Notes under the pieces: generated by a model
Databases searched by the model: none
Seen by the model: only the letters and a program-made list of their open reading frames with translations
What the model was told of the DNA's origin: nothing
Shown here: in pieces, positions 7,802 through 15,794 of the stretch
Layout of the letters: the number at the start of each line of letters is the position of its first letter
How positions within the stretch are numbered: position 1 is the stretch's first letter
Made by a program: the position numbers and the translations under genes
Source: an uncultured Eubacteriales bacterium
GTDB lineage: Bacteria; Bacillota; Clostridia; Oscillospirales; Acutalibacteraceae
Direction of reading: 5' to 3'
Assembly (NCBI GenBank): GCA_964507395.1
Contig: CAZDQE010000004.1
Location: 1,048-65,047, forward strand
DNA length: 64,000 nt

Positions 7802-8431
7802 GTGGGTATAAGATTAGTTGAGAGAGATTATTTAATATTAAGAGAGATAGACAGGTGGAGAGTAATTACAGGTAAGCAGATATGTAAGGTAGCTGGATTT
7901 TCGGGTCAGAGGTCTTGCGACAGAAGGCTTCATAAGCTTTTGATTGCCGGGATTCTTGACAGAAAGCGAATATTATACGGAATCCCGGCAATCTATGAAT
8001 TGACCCCAAGGGGAAAAGCCATTATCGGTATACCGATAAAAAACGAGCGTGTACGAGTTGAACAAATCGTACACGATATGGCCGTATTGGATACGGCTAT
8101 ATATTTCAGCCATAAATATGCAATTGCCTTTTCAGATATTAAATCTGAAAAACAATTACATAAACAAGACGGGTTTGCTGTTCGCAAGCACCGCCCCGAC
8201 TTTGTTTTCACAAAGAATAACAAATCTTTTTGTGTCGAGGTCGAGCTTACAATGAAATCAAAGGAAAGATTTAGTAAAAATATTATTGCTAACTTTACAG
8301 ATTACTATATTCAAATATGGGTAGTTCCTGACTTTAATTCAAAAATATATGCGTTTCTTTGTGAGATGAAAGAAAGCTATCCAAATATAAAAATCATTGA
8401 TATTAATGAGGTGAAGTCTTATAACGTTTGA
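7802..8431 (+). CDS. Replication-relaxation (Replic_Relax) family protein, 209 aa, GTG start
   Basis: N-terminal winged-helix pattern LVERDYLILREIDRWRVITGKQI...CDRRLHKLLIAGILDRKR...YELTPRGKAI. C-terminal nuclease-like HD..RPDFVF...CVEVELTMKSKER. Confidence 0.7.
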   Translation: MGIRLVERDYLILREIDRWRVITGKQICKVAGFSGQRSCDRRLHKLLIAGILDRKRILYGIPAIYELTPRGKAIIGIPIKNERVRVEQIVHDMAVLDTAIYFSHKYAIAFSDIKSEKQLHKQDGFAVRKHRPDFVFTKNNKSFCVEVELTMKSKERFSKNIIANFTDYYIQIWVVPDFNSKIYAFLCEMKESYPNIKIIDINEVKSYNV

Positions 8432-9828
8432 AGCTTTATTTAATCGGTTTAACTAAATACGGAAATGCAATTTTACTTACAGTTATGGCAATAGCCTTGT
8501 TTTTCATTTGCCTTGAAGCAAGAAAAAGCTTGATTATAAAGAAGCATTTTAACTTTTGGAGAGATTTAAAAGCTATGAACAGGAAAATAAAGCCTAATTT
8601 AACAAGTAGTAAAGACAGCACTTTTTTAGGCTACAGCCACAAAAAGCCTGTATACATTCCCGATAATTGCAAACATTGCTTTGTTTGCGGTACAACAGGA
8701 AGCGGAAAGACCGTTGTTCTTTCAAACTTCATCAAGCATGGTGCAGAAATGAAATACCCCATGCTTATAGTTGACGGCAAGGGCGATATTGGAAACGGCT
8801 CAATTTTGGAAATAACAAAGCATTTTGTAAACAGGCAAAAATTATATGTTATAAACCTTGCAGACCCGATAAAATCTGATAAATACAACCCTTTCAGATA
8901 TGCAAGTCCGACAATGTGCAAGGATATGCTGATTAATATGACGGAGTGGAGCGAAGAACACTATAAACTGAATACAGAAAGATATCTGCAAAGGCTTATT
9001 ATACTGTTACAGCAAAATGACATTCCCCTGTCGTTCAACACTATTATTAATAATATGAGTGTTGCGAATTTCAACGCTTTAAGTTCAAGGTTGCTGAAAG
9101 CTGAAATAATAAGCAAGCAAGAACATTTATTAAACCTTAATATTTCTGATACTTGCGGTAAAATCGCACAAAATGCAAGTGCAAGGTTCAGCACTATTGC
9201 AGAAAGTGAGTTCGGCTCAATATTTGCTGATAACGGAATAGACATATACACGGCAATTAAAGAAAACGCAGCTATATTGTTTGTTTTAAATCCTTTACTT
9301 TATCCTGAAATTTCACCTTTAATGGGTAAACTGATATTAATTGATGCTAAACAAGCAGTAAATAAATGTTTTAATTCAGGACTTGAAAGAGCGTTTTACA
9401 TATTTGACGAGATAAATAGTTATGCTTCACCGACTTTAATAGATTTAATAAACAAGTCAAGAAGTGCAAATATTACATCAATACTTGCAACACAAAGTTT
9501 GTCGGATTTAGATTTTGCCTGTAATGAAGCATTTAAAGAACAAGTAATAGAAAATACAAATAATTATATTGTTTTAAGACAGAACAGTTCTGTAAATTCC
9601 GAGCATTGGGCGAATGTTTTAGGAACAAAGTCAACTATTGATGTAACTTATCAATTACAACAAAGGGGGTATTTAGAAACATCTGAAACAGGTTTAGGAA
9701 GTGCAAGACGTGTAAGAGAATTTTTATATCACCCTGATGATATTAAGATTTTACAGGTTGGAAAAGGTATTTTTATGTCAAAGGATAACGGCTATCACTC
9801 AAAAATAGATATTATAAAGCCATTTTAG
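8428..9828 (+). CDS. Type IV coupling protein-like ATPase (VirD4/TraG/TraD family, TraM-recognition-domain type), 466 aa
   Basis: N-terminal TM segment. Walker A CGTTGSGKT. Walker B YIFDEINSY. ILATQSLSDL motif typical of the FtsK/TraG superfamily. Start overlaps the upstream stop. Confidence 0.8.
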   Translation: MKLYLIGLTKYGNAILLTVMAIALFFICLEARKSLIIKKHFNFWRDLKAMNRKIKPNLTSSKDSTFLGYSHKKPVYIPDNCKHCFVCGTTGSGKTVVLSNFIKHGAEMKYPMLIVDGKGDIGNGSILEITKHFVNRQKLYVINLADPIKSDKYNPFRYASPTMCKDMLINMTEWSEEHYKLNTERYLQRLIILLQQNDIPLSFNTIINNMSVANFNALSSRLLKAEIISKQEHLLNLNISDTCGKIAQNASARFSTIAESEFGSIFADNGIDIYTAIKENAAILFVLNPLLYPEISPLMGKLILIDAKQAVNKCFNSGLERAFYIFDEINSYASPTLIDLINKSRSANITSILATQSLSDLDFACNEAFKEQVIENTNNYIVLRQNSSVNSEHWANVLGTKSTIDVTYQLQQRGYLETSETGLGSARRVREFLYHPDDIKILQVGKGIFMSKDNGYHSKIDIIKPF

Positions 9829-9840
9829 GAGGTTTGTTTT

Positions 9841-10710
9841 ATGGAGAAAAGAGGCGGATTTTTCAAATCAAATTGGGCATATTTAGTATGGTTTGCAATT
9901 TATTATACTATCGCAGTTTTTCTGATTTATATGTGTACAAGCGATTTTGTAATAAGCTTTTTTCTATCTTTTTTCATTTATGGTGCTTCTGTAGGACTTG
10001 CATTATCTCCTGTTGGAGAAAGTATATTACGGTTAATGCAGGGAATTAAACCAATTCAGACAGAACAAGACAGAGAATATTTAATGCCGATTTTTGAAGA
10101 AGTGTATGCAGAAGCTTTAAAATTCACTCCCGAACTAAACGAAGATATCGAACTATACATATCTGAAAGTATGACAGTAAATGCCTTTGCTATCGGAAGA
10201 AAGACAATAGCAGTAACAAGAGGAGCAATATATACCTTTAGTCCCGAGGAATTAAAGGGAATATTATCCCATGAATTCGGTCATATGGCGAATGGTGATA
10301 CAAAAGCCTTACTTATTAATGTAGTAGGAAACGGATTTTTCTCTTTAATAATCTTTGTTTTTCGGTTTATAATGTTGTTAATACAAAATATTACGGTTGC
10401 TTTTAGCGGTAAAAATATTGTTGTTGCTGTACTTGCAATAATTTCATTTTTATTCAGATTACTTGTTGATTTAGGAATAATTGTGTTTGTTTTCTTGGGT
10501 AATGTGATTTTAGCACTCAATAGCAGATACAGTGAACTGCTTGCTGATGAATACGCTTTTCAAATCGGCTATGGCGAAGAACTAAAGAATTCTTTGTATA
10601 TAATCAGTAAATTGAGTTTACCTGAAAAATTAACGCTTATGGAACGCTTGACAGCTTCACACCCATATACAACAGCAAGAATTGAAAAACTTGAAGAATT
10701 AGGGGCTTAA
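9841..10710 (+). CDS. Membrane M48-family (HtpX-like) zinc metalloprotease, 289 aa
   Basis: HEFGHMANGD (HExxH), several TM segments, C-terminal SHPYTTARIEKLEE typical of M48. Confidence 0.8.
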   Translation: MEKRGGFFKSNWAYLVWFAIYYTIAVFLIYMCTSDFVISFFLSFFIYGASVGLALSPVGESILRLMQGIKPIQTEQDREYLMPIFEEVYAEALKFTPELNEDIELYISESMTVNAFAIGRKTIAVTRGAIYTFSPEELKGILSHEFGHMANGDTKALLINVVGNGFFSLIIFVFRFIMLLIQNITVAFSGKNIVVAVLAIISFLFRLLVDLGIIVFVFLGNVILALNSRYSELLADEYAFQIGYGEELKNSLYIISKLSLPEKLTLMERLTASHPYTTARIEKLEELGA

Positions 10711-10721
10711 ACAAGCCACAA

Positions 10722-10830
10722 TATCCCATACCCCTTAATTGATAATACTGCCAAAAGTAAGAAAATCAGACTTGCAAAACGCAGGTCTGATTTTCGCTTT
10801 TGGCATATTCTTTCTTTTGGGTATGGGATA
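10722..10830. repeat. Three-tier 109-bp palindrome at the right end of the element; the inner hairpin functions as a bidirectional terminator
   Basis: Outer TATCCCATACCC (10722-10733) / GGGTATGGGATA (10819-10830). Middle GCCAAAAG / CTTTTGGC. Inner GAAAATCAGAC(TTGC) / (GCAG)GTCTGATTTTC with A/T flanks. Confidence 0.75.
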
Positions 10831-10867
10831 ATATTTTAGTCAAGAGTAGTTATTAATTTGATGTGTC

Positions 10868-10886
10868 ATAAAATCAGTGGTTCATC
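10868..10886. repeat. attR-like junction: element-side arm ATAAAATCAGTGG (10868-10880) plus core CATC (10883-10886)
   Basis: Mirror image of the junction at 655-675. Confidence 0.7.
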
Positions 10887-10982
10887 GGGTCCGCCATACT
10901 GAGTAATAATGATTTTTGCAAGCTTCGGATTGGGATTCTTAATATTTACAGGATACTGTAATCTCTTTTCATATTGGAACAT
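10884..10982 (-). pseudogene. cotJC: cotJC N-terminal fragment (codons 1-33); as it stands the frame ends at 10866 after 5 foreign codons
   Basis: Minus-strand translation is MFQYEKRLQYPVNIKNPNPKLAKIIITQYGGPD, then EPLIL-stop. The ATG overlaps the cotJB stop (TAATG). Confidence 0.85.
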
Positions 10983-11242
10983 TAGCAGTCACAACCTTCT
11001 TTCTCCCATGGCCATGGGTTTTTAATCCATTCAACGCCCTGTGCGTTAGTAGTTGAAAGCTTCCAGCATTTTTCTTCAAATTCCTCGCGAAGCATCAGAT
11101 ATTTTTCTTTATATTTATTATAAAGTGCAATGGCTTCCGTATCGCATGTATGTGTGTCAAGATAAAGGTGAAGATCCCACATGACAAATGCAGTTGCAGA
11201 AAGCTGCCTTAAAAGATCATTGTTTCTCATCATTTGCAACAA
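10982..11242 (-). CDS. cotJB: Spore coat protein CotJB
   Basis: Family hallmark FVMWDLHLYLDTHTCDTEAIALYNKY. 86 aa. Sits between a CotJA-like ORF and the cotJC start. Confidence 0.85.
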   Translation of the reverse strand: MLQMMRNNDLLRQLSATAFVMWDLHLYLDTHTCDTEAIALYNKYKEKYLMLREEFEEKCWKLSTTNAQGVEWIKNPWPWEKEGCDC

Positions 11243-11493
11243 CCTCCGAGAAAAGGCTTGTCGAGGCAGGGGAATGCTGTTCCTCTTTCCAATGCTTTAC
11301 ATTCATCATAAAGCTCCGTCATTTCCTGAAAAGGCACAAATGCCATAGCTACCGGTGTACATTCGGGAAATTTTCCTTCGGGCTGAATACAACATTTTTT
11401 TACATAACTATAGTTGCTTCTGTCCGTTTGTCTGTAGTAATTGTCACGCATCATACGAGAATTACCTGACGAATAATCATACATTCTTTGCAA
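11230..11493 (-). CDS. cotJA: Spore coat-associated protein CotJA
   Basis: VAMAFVPFQEMTELYDECKALERGTAFPCLDKPF matches the CotJA pattern (AMAYVP.Q...Y....AL..GT.FP.L..PF). The start may be the TTG at 11493 or the ATG at 11484. Confidence 0.8.
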   Translation of the reverse strand: MQRMYDYSSGNSRMMRDNYYRQTDRSNYSYVKKCCIQPEGKFPECTPVAMAFVPFQEMTELYDECKALERGTAFPCLDKPFLGGCCK

Positions 11494-11598
11494 AATGATT
11501 CTCCTTTCATAAGTTTATTCATTATTATGTTATGTGCTTTGTCCCAAAGTGTGAAAATAAGTTGCAAAAAAGCGGCAAGTTTAAACTTACCGCTTTCT

Positions 11599-12414
11599 TT
11601 AATATGTTGCTTCAAATGTTGTTTTATAAACCATTCCGAAACCTTGGTTATAGCCTATGTATAAATCGTCATTCACAAGGAAAATATTTTCACTTTCGTA
11701 TTGTGCAGCTTCATCGTTGAGTTCGAAAACACCGTAATGGTTTCCGTTCCAATCATAAACTGAAATTGCGTTAGGAAAGCTCAGAAGAAAATATAAATAT
11801 TTATCGTCACTGTCCATGCCTTGCTTCGTTGTAGATTTCGGTTTGACTCCCTTGATCGTTTCAATCACATTAAAATCTTTATCAAGTATCGCAAAATCAA
11901 AAGTGTAGGAAATGCCCACGGCATATCTGTTTGTTTTAGCGTTATATGTGATTGAATAAATTTCAAGGGGAATCTCTACAGTTTCAATAATTTCCAGCGT
12001 GTCCTTGTCAACAAAAGACACAAGAGTTCTGTTTGGAGAGTTGTGACAAACCACAAGACATTTTTTATCTTTATTATATGCAATATCATTTCCGTGGTCA
12101 ACCTTTACAACCTCTGCTCTTGCCACTTCTTCCCATGTTTCGAGGCTGTATTTAGAGATTGAACAAACATTTGCGTAACTGTTGTTAGAACAGAAATAAG
12201 CATATTTTCCGTCAGTACAACCTCCTTGAAGGATTGTCTGACTGGCGTAATGCAAATCTTCAAGCACAAGCTCGGAAGAAAATGAGATTTCCTTTACTGA
12301 AGAAAAATCAATATCATCAAAACCGTTGTTATATACGTTAATACCGAAAAAGCTCAGTATTGACATAAAGAAGGATAATAAAACTGAAATAAAATTTGTA
12401 AGAACAGGGGACAT
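11599..12414 (-). CDS. Hypothetical membrane-anchored/secreted protein (271 aa), possibly beta-propeller-like
   Basis: N-terminal hydrophobic segment. No recognisable catalytic motifs. Long uninterrupted ORF followed by a hairpin at about 11565-11598. Confidence 0.5.
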   Translation of the reverse strand: MSPVLTNFISVLLSFFMSILSFFGINVYNNGFDDIDFSSVKEISFSSELVLEDLHYASQTILQGGCTDGKYAYFCSNNSYANVCSISKYSLETWEEVARAEVVKVDHGNDIAYNKDKKCLVVCHNSPNRTLVSFVDKDTLEIIETVEIPLEIYSITYNAKTNRYAVGISYTFDFAILDKDFNVIETIKGVKPKSTTKQGMDSDDKYLYFLLSFPNAISVYDWNGNHYGVFELNDEAAQYESENIFLVNDDLYIGYNQGFGMVYKTTFEATY

Positions 12415-12430
12415 ACCGTCAACTCCTTAA

Positions 12431-13075
12431 TTACTGCATTTTTTCCTGTTTGATTTTTTTGTCAATAATATGACGCTTTGAAAGCTCTGTTGTAACATCA
12501 TCAAGTGTGATGCCCATTTCAATCATCATAACCATTACATGATAAGCAAGGTCAGCAATTTCATAAATTGTTTCGGCTTTGTCGCCGCCTTTAGCACCGA
12601 TGATAACCTCGGTACATTCTTCGCCTACCTTCTTGAGTATTTTATCAATACCTTTTTCAAAAAGGTAAGTTGTGTACGAGCCTTCTTTTTTCTGGGTTTT
12701 TCTGCCAACGAGCATATCGTAAAGTCCCGGATATGAGAAAGCGTTTTCTTTTGACGGTTCAACAATATCGTTGAAGAAACAGCTCTCACTTCCCGTATGA
12801 CAGGCAGGACCTTCTTTAATTACATCTACAAGAAGAGTGTCCATATCGCAGTCAGTTCTGATTGATACAATATTCTGCACATTACCTGATGTTGCACCTT
12901 TTCTCCAGAGCTCCTGTCTGCTTCTGCTGAAGAAGCAGGTTTTTCCTTCTTCTATACTGATTCTAAGACTTTCTTCATTCATGTATGCAAGCATAAGAAC
13001 TTTTTTGGTGTAAAAATCCTGTACAATTGCAGGAATGAGCCCTTTTTCATCATATTTTAACTCTTTAATATCCAT
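12431..13075 (-). CDS. hisIE: Bifunctional phosphoribosyl-AMP cyclohydrolase / phosphoribosyl-ATP pyrophosphatase
   Basis: GLIPAIVQD...CDMDTLL..V...[10 protein letters not shown] (HisI) followed by a HisE-like helical domain. Last gene of the his operon. Confidence 0.9.
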   Translation of the reverse strand: MDIKELKYDEKGLIPAIVQDFYTKKVLMLAYMNEESLRISIEEGKTCFFSRSRQELWRKGATSGNVQNIVSIRTDCDMDTLLVDVIKEGPACHTGSESCFFNDIVEPSKENAFSYPGLYDMLVGRKTQKKEGSYTTYLFEKGIDKILKKVGEECTEVIIGAKGGDKAETIYEIADLAYHVMVMMIEMGITLDDVTTELSKRHIIDKKIKQEKMQ

Positions 13076-13086
13076 AGTAATTCTCC

Positions 13087-13842
13087 TTATATTCTCATCT
13101 CGATGTTATTTTCAATGAGATAGTTTTTCAAATCCTTGATCGAAAGTTCTTTTCTGTGGAAAATTGATGCTGCAAGTCCTGCATCAGAACAATTTTCGTT
13201 GAACAGGTGAAGAAAATCTTCTTTTTTGCCTGCACCGCCGCTTGCAATAACAGGAACAGAAACTCTTTCGGAAATAGCTTTAAGCATTTCAATGTCGAAT
13301 CCCTGTTTAATTCCGTCAGTGTCAATACTGTTGACAACAAGCTCGCCTGCACCGCGTTTTTCACCGTCAACTGCCCACTGAATAGCTTCAATACCTGTGT
13401 CAATTCTGCCACCGTTTTTGAAGATATGGAACTCACCGTCAACTCTCTTGATGTCCATGGAAAGAACTACACACTGGTCACCGTATTTTTTTGCAGCCTG
13501 AGTAATAAGCTCAGGGTTATTAATTGCGCCTGAATTAACAGATACTTTGTCAGCACCGCATTTTAAAACTATGTCAAAATCATCAACTGTGTTGATACCT
13601 CCGCCGACTGTAAGTGGAATAAAAATTTCAGATGCAACTTTTGCAAGAACATCAGTAAATAAACCTCTGCCTTCGTGTGAAGCAGTAATGTCATAGAAAA
13701 CAAGCTCATCCGCACCGCTGTCGTTATAGAAATGAGCAAGCTCGACAGGGTCAGCAACATCCTGAATTCCCTCGAAATTTACACCCTTAACAACTCGTCC
13801 GTTTCTGACATCGAGGCAGGGGATTATTCTTTTTGTAATCAT
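13087..13842 (-). CDS. hisF: Imidazole glycerol phosphate synthase cyclase subunit
   Basis: [31 protein letters not shown] signatures. Confidence 0.95.
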   Translation of the reverse strand: MITKRIIPCLDVRNGRVVKGVNFEGIQDVADPVELAHFYNDSGADELVFYDITASHEGRGLFTDVLAKVASEIFIPLTVGGGINTVDDFDIVLKCGADKVSVNSGAINNPELITQAAKKYGDQCVVLSMDIKRVDGEFHIFKNGGRIDTGIEAIQWAVDGEKRGAGELVVNSIDTDGIKQGFDIEMLKAISERVSVPVIASGGAGKKEDFLHLFNENCSDAGLAASIFHRKELSIKDLKNYLIENNIEMRI

Positions 13843-14567
13843 TATAAAATCTCCCCCTTCGCGATTTTGAGAACTCTTTCAAGGTCAAGTTTACCTGCAT
13901 AAACAGCCTTACCTACAATTGCACCGTAAGTGTTCATAGAAGTCAGTTTTTTGATTTCTTCTTCAAATGTAATACCGCCTGACGCGATAATATCAAGGTT
14001 TTTTATTTCTGCAAGTTTCTCATAAATTTCAAGATTTGTGCCCGAAAGTGTGCCGTCCTTTGAAATATCAGTGTAAATTACCGTTTTTACACCTGCATCA
14101 CGAAGCTTACGGCAAAAATCCAGTGAATCGATTTCTGTTGTTTCAAGCCAACCGCTGACAGCAACTTTGCCGTTTCGAGCATCAACGCCAACTGCAATCT
14201 TATCACCGTGTTTTTTTACGGCTTCTTCGACAAATTTAAAATTACGCACTGCGACAGTGCCGAGGATTACTCTGTTAACACCGAGGGAAAGATAATCTTC
14301 AATTCTTTTTTCGTCACGGATACCGCCGCCGACCTCAGTGAAAAGTTTACCTGTTTCGGCAACACTTTTAATTACATCGAAGTTTACGGGTGCACCGTCT
14401 TTGGCACCGTCGAGGTCAACCATGTGAAGATTTTTTGCACCTTTTTTTATAAATGCTTCAGCCATTTCGAGTGGACTTGAGCCGTAAACAGTCATTCTGT
14501 TGTAGTCACCCTCGGTAAGTCTTACAACATTACCGTTTCTGATATCTATAGCGGGAAAAATTTCCAT
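13842..14567 (-). CDS. hisA: ProFAR isomerase (1-(5-phosphoribosyl)-5-[(5-phosphoribosylamino)methylideneamino]imidazole-4-carboxamide isomerase)
   Basis: IFPAIDIRNGNVVRL..GDY, VGGGIR, ASGGI motifs. Start overlaps the hisF region. Confidence 0.9.
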   Translation of the reverse strand: MEIFPAIDIRNGNVVRLTEGDYNRMTVYGSSPLEMAEAFIKKGAKNLHMVDLDGAKDGAPVNFDVIKSVAETGKLFTEVGGGIRDEKRIEDYLSLGVNRVILGTVAVRNFKFVEEAVKKHGDKIAVGVDARNGKVAVSGWLETTEIDSLDFCRKLRDAGVKTVIYTDISKDGTLSGTNLEIYEKLAEIKNLDIIASGGITFEEEIKKLTSMNTYGAIVGKAVYAGKLDLERVLKIAKGEIL

Positions 14568-14579
14568 TTCTTTTCCTCC

Positions 14580-15188
14580 TTATATTTCTGAAAATGCTTT
14601 CAAAAGGAGCAAGCCTTTTTCACCGCTCTTTTCGGGATGAAACTGCATACCGTAAACATTTTTGTTGTTTACAACTGCAGGAACTGCTACATCATACTCA
14701 CTGACAGCAAGCAGACTTTCTTCACAGTTTTTTCCGTAATAGGAATGAACAAAGTACATATAATCGCCGTCATCAATATATTTAAAAATAGTGTCATTCC
14801 TCTTGAAAATAAGCTTATTCCAACCCATGTGAGGAATTTTAAGGCTTTTATCAATATCGCCTTCAAAGGGGCAGATTTCACCACTAATCAGACCTAATCC
14901 CTCAAATTCGCCGTATTCGTAGCTCTTATCAAAAAGAAGCTGCATACCAAGGCAAATGCCGAGAATTGGTTTTCCTTTGTTTGCTTCTTCAATAATAACA
15001 TCAGCAAGACCTGAATTTCTCAATTTGTTGATTGCATCTTCAAATGCACCAACACCGGGAAGAATGATTCTTTCAGCATTTCTGATTTTTTCTGCATCGC
15101 CTGTAACTATAACATCAAGACCTAAAGCTTTTGCTGAACTCGAAATTGAAAACAGGTTACCGCAACCGTAATCTACTATAGCTATCAA
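14580..15188 (-). CDS. hisH: Imidazole glycerol phosphate synthase glutamine amidotransferase subunit
   Basis: IAIVDYGCGNL, GICLGMQLL (catalytic Cys), FHPEKS. Confidence 0.9.
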   Translation of the reverse strand: MIAIVDYGCGNLFSISSSAKALGLDVIVTGDAEKIRNAERIILPGVGAFEDAINKLRNSGLADVIIEEANKGKPILGICLGMQLLFDKSYEYGEFEGLGLISGEICPFEGDIDKSLKIPHMGWNKLIFKRNDTIFKYIDDGDYMYFVHSYYGKNCEESLLAVSEYDVAVPAVVNNKNVYGMQFHPEKSGEKGLLLLKAFSEI

Positions 15189-15203
15189 ATTTAAAACCTC
15201 CGA

Positions 15204-15794
15204 TTAAAGCAAGCCTTTGCTTGAGGGAATTTCATCTTTTGCTTTTTCATCAATGCTGACCGCTTCTCTGATTGCGCGTGCAACAGCCTTGAAAGCACCT
15301 TCAATAATGTGATGTGAGTTCGTACCGTCAAGCTGTTTGATGTGAAGAGTGATATCAGCATTTCTGACAAATGAAATGAAAAATTCTTCAACAAGCTCTG
15401 TATCCATTTCTCCGACTTTCTGTGCGGGGATCTCAAGGTCATATTTGAGAAAAGCTCTGCCGCTTATATCCAGTGAAGCAAGAATGAGTGATTCATCCAT
15501 AGGAAGAAGCATATTACCGTATCTTTTAATGCCTTTTTTGTCGCCAACAGCCTCTTTGAATGCCTGTCCGAGAACGATACCGATATCTTCAGCGGAGTGA
15601 TGAAAATCAACGAATGTGTCACCCTTGCAAGTAACAGTAAGATCCAGTCTGCCGTGCTTTGCGAAAAGGTCAAGCATGTGGTCAAGGAAGCCGATTCCTG
15701 TATTGATTTCACTTTTGCCTGTTCCGTCAAGACAGAGTGAAAGTGAAATATCTGTTTCATTAGTTTTTCTTGAGATTTCTGACTTTCTCATCAT
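15204..15794 (-). CDS. hisB: Imidazoleglycerol-phosphate dehydratase
   Basis: R.TNETDI...LDG.G...I.TGIGFLDHML, HH..E..FKA.ARA pattern. Confidence 0.9.
   Translation of the reverse strand: MMRKSEISRKTNETDISLSLCLDGTGKSEINTGIGFLDHMLDLFAKHGRLDLTVTCKGDTFVDFHHSAEDIGIVLGQAFKEAVGDKKGIKRYGNMLLPMDESLILASLDISGRAFLKYDLEIPAQKVGEMDTELVEEFFISFVRNADITLHIKQLDGTNSHHIIEGAFKAVARAIREAVSIDEKAKDEIPSSKGLL

Larger units (their letters stand above)
659..10886. mobile_element. 10.2-kb intervening/integrative element inserted in cotJC. It carries a large serine recombinase, S8 protease, tyrosine integrase, Replic_Relax, T4CP-like ATPase and M48 protease.
   Basis: The flanking cotJC pieces join in frame across it. There is a CATC core at both ends, inverted-repeat arms, and a recombinase gene at the left end. 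Confidence 0.8.
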
